This document shows, piece after piece, positions 30,636 through 38,511 of a DNA stretch of 64,000 bases (positions within the stretch are counted from its first letter, which is position 1; the number at the start of each line of letters is the position of its first letter). The notes below the pieces were generated by a model. That model ran no database searches and was not told where the DNA came from. It saw only the letters and a list, made by a program, of their open reading frames with translations. The stretch is taken from assembly GCA_963815115.1 (NCBI GenBank), contig CAWFFN010000008.1, positions 736,001-800,000 of the forward strand, in the 5' to 3' direction. Both the position numbers and the translations under genes were made by a program. The stretch is from an uncultured delta proteobacterium. GTDB taxonomy: Bacteria; Desulfobacterota; Binatia; DP-6.

Positions 30636-32136
30636 TACTTCCGCCGCGACGTCTCCGCGCACCGGCGTCGTCCTCGTGGCCGGCGCGACCGGCTACGTTG
30701 GCGGGCGGCTGGTCCCCGCGCTCGAGCGCCTCGGCCACCGCCTCCGCTGCCTCGCGCGCAGACCCGAGCACCTGCGCCACCGCGTCGGGCCGCGGACCGA
30801 GGTGGTGCGCGGCGACGTCCTCGACCCCGCCTCGCTCGCCGATGCGATGCGCGGGGTGGAAGTCGCCTACTATCTCGTCCATTCGATGGGCGCCCGCGGG
30901 CCGTTCGAGGAAACTGATCGGATGGCGGCCGTGAACTTCGGCCGCGCCGCGTCCGCGGCCGGGGTCCGGCGGATCGTCTACCTCGGCGGGCTCGGCGACG
31001 AGGGGGCTCCACTCTCACCGCATCTCCGCAGCCGGCACGAGGTCGGACGCGTCCTGCGCGCGAGTCGCGTCCAGGTGATCGAGTTCCGCGCCTCGATCGT
31101 CATCGGCTCCGGGAGCCTCTCCTTCGAGATGGTGCGCGCCCTGGTCGAGCGGATCCCGATCATGGTGACACCGCGCTGGGTCGACGTTCCGGCCCAGCCG
31201 ATTGCCATCGACGACCTGCTCGGCTACCTCGTTGCAGCTCTCGACGTCGCCGTCGCCGGGAGCCCGATCTTCGAGATCGGCTGCGCCGACCAGGTGTCGT
31301 ACGCCGACATCATGCGCGAGTATGCACGCCAGCGCGGTCTCCGCCGCATCATGGTCCGGGTTCCCGTGCTGACCCCGCGGCTGTCAAGCCTCTGGCTCGG
31401 GCTCGTCACGCCGCTCTACGCGCGCGTCGGCCGGAAGCTGATCGACAGCATCCGTCATCCGACCGTTGTGCGCGACACGGCGGCCGCGCACGTCTTCGCC
31501 GTCCGTCCCCGGGGGCTGCGCGAGGCGATCGCGAGCGCGCTCCGGCGCGAGGACGCCGCGTACGCGGCCACCCGCTGGTCCGACGCGCTGTCGGCGTCGG
31601 GCACGGGCACGGACAGGAGCGACATGCGGTTCGGACGGCGCCTCGTGGACTCCCGCACGGTGCGCCTGCCGGTCCCGCCGCCGGCGGCCTTTGCACCGAT
31701 CCGCCGCATCGGCGGCGCCTGCGGCTGGTACTTCTCCGACTGGCTCTGGACCCTGCGCGGACTCCTCGATCTGCTCGCGGGCGGCGTCGGCATGCGGCGC
31801 GGACGGCCGGATCCCGATCGCCTGCACGTCGGCGACACCGTGGACTGCTGGCGCGTTGAGGCGCTGGAGCCGGACCGGCGGCTCCGCCTCGCGGCCGAGA
31901 TGCGCCTCCCCGGCCGGGCGTGGCTCGAGTTCGAGGTCACCGAGGACGGTGACGGATCGCTCGTCCGGCAGACGGCAATCTTCGATCCGGTCGGACTGGC
32001 GGGACTCGCCTACTGGTACCTCGTCCTCCCGCTCCACCGGCTCGTGTTCGCGGGGATGCTCCGGGCGCTCGGGCGGGCGGCTCTCGACGGCGCCCCGATC
32101 GCGACGCCGCGGCCTACAGTTGGGAGCTCGCCATGA
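30628..32136 (+). CDS. NAD(P)-binding SDR with DUF2867-like domain (YbjT-like)
   Basis: GATGYVG, YYLVHSM, IGG..GWY, AEMRLPGRAWL. Confidence 0.9.
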   Translation: MSSTSAATSPRTGVVLVAGATGYVGGRLVPALERLGHRLRCLARRPEHLRHRVGPRTEVVRGDVLDPASLADAMRGVEVAYYLVHSMGARGPFEETDRMAAVNFGRAASAAGVRRIVYLGGLGDEGAPLSPHLRSRHEVGRVLRASRVQVIEFRASIVIGSGSLSFEMVRALVERIPIMVTPRWVDVPAQPIAIDDLLGYLVAALDVAVAGSPIFEIGCADQVSYADIMREYARQRGLRRIMVRVPVLTPRLSSLWLGLVTPLYARVGRKLIDSIRHPTVVRDTAAAHVFAVRPRGLREAIASALRREDAAYAATRWSDALSASGTGTDRSDMRFGRRLVDSRTVRLPVPPPAAFAPIRRIGGACGWYFSDWLWTLRGLLDLLAGGVGMRRGRPDPDRLHVGDTVDCWRVEALEPDRRLRLAAEMRLPGRAWLEFEVTEDGDGSLVRQTAIFDPVGLAGLAYWYLVLPLHRLVFAGMLRALGRAALDGAPIATPRPTVGSSP

Positions 32137-32189
32137 CAGGGCGCAGGTTGCCGCGTGCCAGCGGGGGATCAATCCTCCGCTCGATCGGA

Positions 32190-32231
32190 TTCCCAAGCTG
32201 GACGTCGCCGGTTCGACCGCGGTCGCCCGCT
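32190..32231 (+). repeat. tRNA-Gly(CCC) 3'-half fragment, att-like (right)
   Basis: TTCCCAA GCTGG ACGTC GCCGGTTCGACC GCGGT CGCCCGC T. Confidence 0.82.
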
Positions 32232-32391
32232 CTTCGTAAGCGCCGTGATTCGTCACGGCGTTCTCTTCGGCCTTCGCGAACGCCTCGGTAGCAGCCGTGA
32301 TTTTTCTCACCTTCCTGACACCGGGAAGACCCGCGCCGGACGACGAATTCGTCATCACCCCGACCCGAACCTGCTCAGTCGGGCTGAAAAC

Positions 32392-33051
32392 CTACCCTCT
32401 TCCCATCCTCCTCAACACCTCGCCCACATCCCCCTTGTTCAGCAAGCCCACGAACGGATCCCGCGTCGAGTCCTGCTGCCACTCGTACTCCGTCGACTCG
32501 GCGATCTGCTGCGCGATCTCCTTGCCGTAGAGTTTGGCGATCACGGCGAGCGCCATGTCCGTGCCGGCCGAGACGCCCGAAGAAGTCGCGACCGGCCCAT
32601 CCTCCACCCAGCGCGCTTGCTCGACCCACTTCACGGCCGCGCCCTGCGCTCGTGCGAGATCGAAGAACTGCTTGTTCGAAGTCGCCCGGCGTCCGTCGAG
32701 TAGACCTGCCTTCGCCAGAATCGCCGATCCGGAGCATACCGACATCGTCACCTCGGCCGTCGCCGCTCGTCGCCGTAAGAAATCGAGCATCGCGGGATTC
32801 TCGAGCTGCGGGATCGTGCCGAAGCCACCCGGCAGAAGGATGAGATCCAGCATCGGCGCGCTCGCGAAGTCGAACTCGGCGACCGTCTTCGGCCGTTGAA
32901 ACGACGCGACGGGTCCGGTTTTCTCGGCGACGGTCACAATCCGCAGCTCGGCGCCGATGCTGCCGAACATCTCGAGCGGCCCGTACAGGTCGAGCAGCTC
33001 GAAGTCCTCGTAGAGGACCGCTCCAAGCGTGCGGGTCTTGGGCTTGCTCAT
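32392..33051 (-). CDS. DJ-1/PfpI family protein
   Basis: FELLDLYGPLE, LPGG, SVCSG, SSGVSAG. Confidence 0.9.
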   Translation of the reverse strand: MSKPKTRTLGAVLYEDFELLDLYGPLEMFGSIGAELRIVTVAEKTGPVASFQRPKTVAEFDFASAPMLDLILLPGGFGTIPQLENPAMLDFLRRRAATAEVTMSVCSGSAILAKAGLLDGRRATSNKQFFDLARAQGAAVKWVEQARWVEDGPVATSSGVSAGTDMALAVIAKLYGKEIAQQIAESTEYEWQQDSTRDPFVGLLNKGDVGEVLRRMGRG

Positions 33052-33262
33052 GGTCGATTCCTCCTCGCCGACATGGACGCTATCACGACTCGCGGGCTCA
33101 CGAGCTAGCAAAAGCCTGCCAAATCCCCCGCACCAACGGACATCGCTCCCAGGGCGGGCCACCTCGGAGGGATGGTCGGCCCGACGTTTTGCCGTCTTCA
33201 AACGGGATCGAAGAAGGTCAGAGGCCGTCGTCCTCGGTGAAGCGGCCGCTTCATTGCATCGG

Positions 33263-33652
33263 CTACGCCGCTTTGCCTTGCCCCGCGTCCGACGACACCA
33301 GCAACCCGCCAAGCACGATCGCCACGAGGAATAGCGCGGGCACGTCCCCGAGCAGGTGCCCGTGATGCGCGGCCGGCATCGACTGCACCGCCATGATGCC
33401 GCCGTGCACGATGCTCGACCACACGGTGAACCAGATCAAGCTGCGATGGGCTTGTGGATCTCTCGACGCGATGAGCAGGAAGACGCCGAGCGTCGCGTAG
33501 ACTCCGACGATCATCATGAAGTACTGCGAGTCGTGGGGGGCGCCCGCGTGCCACGCCCAGCCGGACGGCCACACGATCGCCAGCGGGTAGACGAGGAGGA
33601 AGACGGCGCCGAAGAGGGCCAGGGCGATTTGCAGCAGTCGTTGAGGAGACAT
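33263..33652 (-). CDS. small membrane protein (DUF6632-like)
   Basis: WPSGWAWH...YATLGVFL...HLLGDVPAL, four hydrophobic segments. Confidence 0.75.
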   Translation of the reverse strand: MSPQRLLQIALALFGAVFLLVYPLAIVWPSGWAWHAGAPHDSQYFMMIVGVYATLGVFLLIASRDPQAHRSLIWFTVWSSIVHGGIMAVQSMPAAHHGHLLGDVPALFLVAIVLGGLLVSSDAGQGKAA

Positions 33653-34101
33653 CGTCAGGATTCCCTCCCTTTCGTGATGGCTCACGAAACCCGTGACCGC
33701 CTGCTGACAGCCAAACGCTCGCACCGACGGTCCGATTCGGTGACGCGAGATCCACCCCGGCCGAAGAAACGCGCGGCTACCTGCTTGCTCCCATGAGGCG
33801 CCGGTCTTCCGGGGACTGCGGAGGCCTTGGTCAACTACCTGGCGGCGCGTCCCATGGCATGCGCTCATGGCGAACATGCTGCTACCCCTCCTGATCTCAC
33901 CAACCCCTTGCCGCTCATAGACGAAACGCGCGTCGGAGTCACTCTCCGACGTGATCATCCGGGGAGTGCGGGGAGCGCGTCGTAGGGCTCGGAAAGTGCT
34001 CGACTTCATGAGCCGGCATCCTGCAAAAGCTGCTACTGAAGTTGCGACTGCGCCCAGCCTTCGTCTCGCTCGGCATCAGCATCGGAGGCGAGGGGAGAAC
34101 A

Positions 34102-34152
34102 TTGACAGAGCGCCCGCCGTCGCCCTACACTAGGCAAGTAGGACTTTCGTAC
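34102..34152 (+). promoter_or_regulatory. sigma70 promoter and operator of TA copy 2
   Basis: TTGACA-18 bp-TACACT followed by GTAGGACTTTCGTAC. Confidence 0.6.
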
Positions 34153-34154
34153 CC

Positions 34155-34451
34155 GTGGCGAGCGCTGCAACCAAGGTCGGCCCGAAGTTCCAGGTCACCA
34201 TCCCGAAGAACGTCCGGGACGCGGTCGGCCTCAAGGTGGGCGATTTGGTCGAGGCCTCCGTCGGGCGCGAGGGCATCGTCCTCCGCCAGAAGGTTCTCAT
34301 CGACAAGCCAGTGAGTCTGGCAAGGCAACTCGAGGAATCGGACGCGGCGGTGAAGGCCGGACGGGTCCTCGGACCATTCAAATCGGCCGGCGCCGCAATG
34401 AAGGCCGTGAAAGCCCATGCGCGCCGTGCTGACCGAACCGTTCGCCGCTAA
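34155..34451 (+). CDS. AbrB/MazE-family antitoxin, copy 2
   Basis: KVGPKFQVTIPKNVRDAVGLKVGD. Confidence 0.9.
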   Translation: MASAATKVGPKFQVTIPKNVRDAVGLKVGDLVEASVGREGIVLRQKVLIDKPVSLARQLEESDAAVKAGRVLGPFKSAGAAMKAVKAHARRADRTVRR

Positions 34452-34662
34452 CCTGATCGCGAGCCCGCCCGAGGTCCAGAAGGCCTTCGGCAAGCAGCTC
34501 ACGAATCTCCTCCGCGACCTGCGCCACCCTTCCCTGCGAGCGAAGAAGTACGAGGAACGCACGGGCCTCTGGCAAGCCCGGATCAACGACGACTGGCGAA
34601 TGTACTTCACCATCGAGGGCGACGTCTACGTGCTGCGAGCGATCACGCCTCACCCGAAGTAG
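34417..34662 (+). CDS. RelE-superfamily toxin, copy 2
   Basis: HPSLRAKK...WQARINDDWRMYF. Confidence 0.85.
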   Translation: MRAVLTEPFAANLIASPPEVQKAFGKQLTNLLRDLRHPSLRAKKYEERTGLWQARINDDWRMYFTIEGDVYVLRAITPHPK

Positions 34663-34703
34663 CTCGCTCGTGCAGGATGCGTCGGCCACACTCTTGAGCG
34701 GCG

Positions 34704-34907
34704 GAATCAGTAGGTCAATGTCCTCGACTGAGCATCGGTCAGTCTCCATCCAGTCACCATGCCCATGCCTCCCGGTGCCTGCCGATGGATGAGCGCGACG
34801 CGTAACCTCCGAATCTTCCGAGATACGGCCACCCGCCGGAACCTCCCGGCAACCTCCTGCGTCCTTTCGTAATCAGTAGGTCGCCGGTTCGACTCCGGCG
34901 GGTGGCT
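34704..34907 (+). repeat. att-like repeat copy 2 ending in tRNA-Thr(CGT) 3' half (34866-34907)
   Basis: TTCGTAA TCAGT AGGTC GCCGG TTCGACT CCGGC GGGTGGC T; arm-like CAGTCTCCAT-C-CAGTCACCAT. Confidence 0.92.
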
Positions 34908-35235
34908 GTTGGGATTCTGCAGACTTACTGCCTGATGCTGCTAAGAAGGTGGCGGGCTGTGGCACCAAGCGCTGGCCGTGCGAGAATCGGTCAGGCGCAA
35001 TTTCCGTTGACATCGCGCCCCGCGGTGACTGACCGACAAGCGCTCGACCTCCTGGGCGGAGAGGTCCTTCCAGCCGTTCCGTGCCTCGACGGCCTCGCGG
35101 AGGATGTCGAGGTACTCGTCGCGGCTGCGCCCGTACGACCCTGATGTCTGATCGGCGTCTCGTCCTCCTGGCGGGGCCGACCGTGATCCTCCAGCAGCGC
35201 GGTCAGGGTCATCGCCATTGCCCAGACCGCGACTA

Positions 35236-35430
35236 CGCCCGACGACCAGGCGATCAGCGGCGGCCCAGCGTGGCCGGCCGTCCGCTGCACCGGCTTGTGC
35301 TGGCGCCGGCCTCGCTGCTGCCGGATCACCGGGGCGAGCGCCCGGAGAGCCTCGTTGACCGATGCGCCATCGGGGAAACATCAAGGACGTCAGGATCGAC
35401 GACGACGACGTTCGTTCCCTGGACGATCCG
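35236..35430 (-). pseudogene. second BrnA-like antitoxin remnant with degenerate attC-like site (35236-35306)
   Basis: QGTNVVVVDPDVLDV.PDGASVNEALRALAPVI homologous to 884-1090, followed by GTGCAGCGG...CCGCTGAT. Confidence 0.6.
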
Positions 35431-35888
35431 TCACCGCTGGCGCCAGGTAGTTCTCTACCCGCCACTCCGTCGTCGTCCCCCAACGGGGGAGCGACTTGGT
35501 CGCCAGTCGTCACGACAAGGGCCACCGCTCACGTCGATCGGCTGAACCCTGCCCCTTGCGCCCTACCGCCTGCTGCGCGAGGAGAGACGAGGGAGCAGGG
35601 CGAAGCCCGATACACAGACGGTACCCGGTGCACCTGAGCCCGAGACCGACGCCCTCCCAGGCGCGCCATCACCAGGCCGGATCGAGCACGGGTTCGTCTC
35701 GACGTTCCTCGCCCGCTGGGGGGAGGCGGTCGTGCCCCGATCATCGAGCGCGCGGGCGTGTCGCCGGATCTGATCACGCCCCGCAGCCGCATCGCGGCAG
35801 CCTTGACGTGTCGGTGACCCCGCCGAAGCGCCCGCCTTGCCCTCGGCTGGTGTGACGAGTCTCTCCACGCACACTCATCGGCGTACCA

Positions 35889-35933
35889 CAATCGGCGGGC
35901 TCACATCGGCGGGCTCACAATCGGCGGGCTCAC
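35889..35933 (+). repeat. three tandem copies of ATCGGCGGGCTCAC
   Basis: Copies at 35891, 35905 and 35920. Confidence 0.9.
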
Positions 35934-36019
35934 CGCTTGCGCGCCGCCGGCGTCATGGGCTACCCGCTACTGCTCTGGCAGCGCACTGACGACTCACCGG
36001 GGCGAGGGAGAGCGGACGC

Positions 36020-38452
36020 ATGGAGGCGGCGGATGGAATCGGCGGCGGGCAAGTGGGCAGCGCGACGGGAGCCAGGAGGCGCCGAAAGCGCGCGGCCGCG
36101 GCGAAGCTGACGCGAACCCACCCGCCGGCCGACGCGACACTCGAACAGTGGCAGGTAGCCCTCCGGCGGCAGTTCGGCCGGGCGCAGCCCTTTGGCCTGG
36201 AGAACGTCGGGCCGCACCCCGTCGTCTCCGAGTTTCGGGTCACGAACCCCGCGAGTCGCCAAACCTACCGCGTGGCGATCCGTGGCGTGCAACCGGGCGA
36301 CAACTTCTGCTCCTGCCCGGACTTTGCGACCAACCAGCTCGGCACCTGCAAGCACGTCGAGTTCACGCTCGCACGGCTCGAGCGCCAGCCCGGTGGTAGG
36401 CGGGCGCTTCGCGAGCGGGTTCGGCCGCCCTACAGCGAGGTGTTCCTCTCCTACGGAGTCCGCCGCACGGTCCGGTTCCGTCCGGGAGCCGACGCGCCCA
36501 CCGCCCTGGTTCGGCTCGCGGCACGCCACTTCGACCAGGACGGCGTGCTGCGGCCGGGCGCTTTCGCAACGCTCGGGGAGTTCGTCGCGAAAGCATCCCG
36601 CCTCGATCGCGGCCTCCGGTGCTACGAAGATGCACTCGCGTTCGTGGCCGAGGTCCGCGACGCCCGGCAGCGGCGCGATCGACTCGCTCGCGCGTTCCCG
36701 AGCGGGGCGGACAGCCCGGCCTTCGACGACCTCGTGGGCGTCCCCCTCTATCCGTACCAGCGCGAGGGGGCTCTCTTCGCGGCCCGCGCCGGGCGTTGCC
36801 TCATCGGGGACGAGATGGGGCTCGGCAAGACCGTGCAGGCGATCGCCGCTGTCGAGATCCTGGCGCGCCTCTTCGGCGTCGAGCGCGTGCTCGTCGTCTG
36901 CCCCACGTCGCTCAAGCACCAGTGGGAGCGGGAGATCGCGCGGTTCACCCAGCGGGTGGCCTTGGTCGTGGGAGGTGCCCTCGGCGAGCGGCATGCACAG
37001 TTCCTCGCCGACGGCTTCTACAAGATCACCAACTACGACGCCGTCCATCGCGACCTCGAGGCGATCCGGCGCTGGGCGCCCGACGTGGCGATCCTCGACG
37101 AGGCCCAGCGCATCAAGAACTGGACGACGCGCGCCGCCAGGAGCGTCAAGCAGATCATGTCGCCGTATGCGATCATCCTCACGGGTACCCCGCTGGAGAA
37201 CCGACTCCAGGAGCTGGTCTCGATCGTCGAGTTCATCGACCGGCACCGACTCGGGCCGACGTACCGCTTCCTCCACGACCACCAGCTCGTCGACGAGAGT
37301 GGCCGGGTGGTCGGCTACCGCGATCTCGACCGGATCGGCCGCACGCTGGCGCCGATCCTCATCCGGCGGCGCAAGGCGGATGTCCTGTCGCAGCTCCCAG
37401 GGCGCCTCGAGAAGCGGCTCGTCCTGCCGATGACGACCCAGCAGCTCGCGCACCACGAGGAGAACCGCGAGATCGTGGCCCGCATCGTTCACAAGTGGCG
37501 GCGCTACCGATTCCTGTCCGAGGTGGACCAGCGGCGACTGATGGTCGCGCTGCAGCGCATGCGGATGGCGTGCGACAGCACGTACCTGCTCGACGGGACC
37601 ACCGACTTCGGCCCGAAGCCCGACGAGGCCGCGACGCTGCTCGAGGAGATCTTCGAGGAGCCCGAGACCAAGGTCGTCGTCTTCAGCCAGTGGCTCCGCA
37701 TGCACGAGCTGCTGGTGCGCCGGTTCGAGCGGCGGCAGTGGGACCACGTTCTGTTCCACGGCGGCGTCGACGGCCCGCGGCGCGCAGCGCTGGTCGACCG
37801 ATTCCGCGACGACCCGCGCTGCCGGGCCTTCCTCTCCACCGACGCGGGCGGCGTGGGGCTCAACCTGCAGCACGCGTCGGTAGTCCTCAACATGGACCTG
37901 CCATGGAATCCCGCGGTCCTCGAACAGCGGATCGGGCGGGTACATCGGCTCGGGCAGACACGGCCGGTGCGCGTCGTACACTTCATCGCGCAGGGGACGA
38001 TCGAGGAGGGAATGCTCGCGCGGCTCGGCTTCAAGCGGTCGCTGTTCGCCGGCGTCCTCGATGGCGGCGAGCGCGAGGTCTTCCTCGGCGGCAGCCGGCT
38101 GACCCGCTTCATGGAGAGCGTCGAGCAAGCGACAGCGCAGCCTGGCGCCGAGGAGGCCGGGGCGGTTGACGCAGCTGACGGGCGCCGTGCCGGCGATCCG
38201 CTCCCGGCGGCGTCGCTCGTCGATGCCCTCGGGGGACTGCTTCGGAGCAGTCTCGCGCTCCTCGAGCAGATGAATACGGCGCCCCGAAGCGGGCGCGATG
38301 GCGGGTCGCCAGGTGCTACGCGGCCAGGCATCGAGGTGAGGCGGGACGCGGAGACGGGTGAGGCCGAGGTGACGATCCGGCTCGGGGACGCGGAGAAGGT
38401 CCATCGCCTGTTGCGGTCCGCCGGCGAGCTGCTCGAGGGTCTCCGGAGATAG
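36020..38452 (+). CDS. SWIM zinc finger + SNF2 helicase
   Basis: CSCPDF...CKH, GDEMGLGKT, DEAQ, LTGTP, VFSQW, QRIGRVHR. Confidence 0.92.
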   Translation: MEAADGIGGGQVGSATGARRRRKRAAAAKLTRTHPPADATLEQWQVALRRQFGRAQPFGLENVGPHPVVSEFRVTNPASRQTYRVAIRGVQPGDNFCSCPDFATNQLGTCKHVEFTLARLERQPGGRRALRERVRPPYSEVFLSYGVRRTVRFRPGADAPTALVRLAARHFDQDGVLRPGAFATLGEFVAKASRLDRGLRCYEDALAFVAEVRDARQRRDRLARAFPSGADSPAFDDLVGVPLYPYQREGALFAARAGRCLIGDEMGLGKTVQAIAAVEILARLFGVERVLVVCPTSLKHQWEREIARFTQRVALVVGGALGERHAQFLADGFYKITNYDAVHRDLEAIRRWAPDVAILDEAQRIKNWTTRAARSVKQIMSPYAIILTGTPLENRLQELVSIVEFIDRHRLGPTYRFLHDHQLVDESGRVVGYRDLDRIGRTLAPILIRRRKADVLSQLPGRLEKRLVLPMTTQQLAHHEENREIVARIVHKWRRYRFLSEVDQRRLMVALQRMRMACDSTYLLDGTTDFGPKPDEAATLLEEIFEEPETKVVVFSQWLRMHELLVRRFERRQWDHVLFHGGVDGPRRAALVDRFRDDPRCRAFLSTDAGGVGLNLQHASVVLNMDLPWNPAVLEQRIGRVHRLGQTRPVRVVHFIAQGTIEEGMLARLGFKRSLFAGVLDGGEREVFLGGSRLTRFMESVEQATAQPGAEEAGAVDAADGRRAGDPLPAASLVDALGGLLRSSLALLEQMNTAPRSGRDGGSPGATRPGIEVRRDAETGEAEVTIRLGDAEKVHRLLRSAGELLEGLRR

Positions 38453-38511
38453 CCCGTGGCTACGATGTCGCCGGCAGGTTCGCTCTCGTGCAGTACACCG
38501 AGCCGCCAGGC

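Noticed and set aside
33860-34010. GNAT acetyltransferase remnant on the minus strand (ESDSDARFVYERQG)
   Set aside because: Too short and degenerate to support.
34828-34907. Functional tRNA-Thr gene
   Set aside because: Only the 3' half is canonical; there is no D-loop consensus and the anticodon stem cannot pair. The same applies to the other copies and to the tRNA-Gly fragments.
35889-35933. CRISPR array
   Set aside because: 14-bp repeats without spacers and no cas genes.
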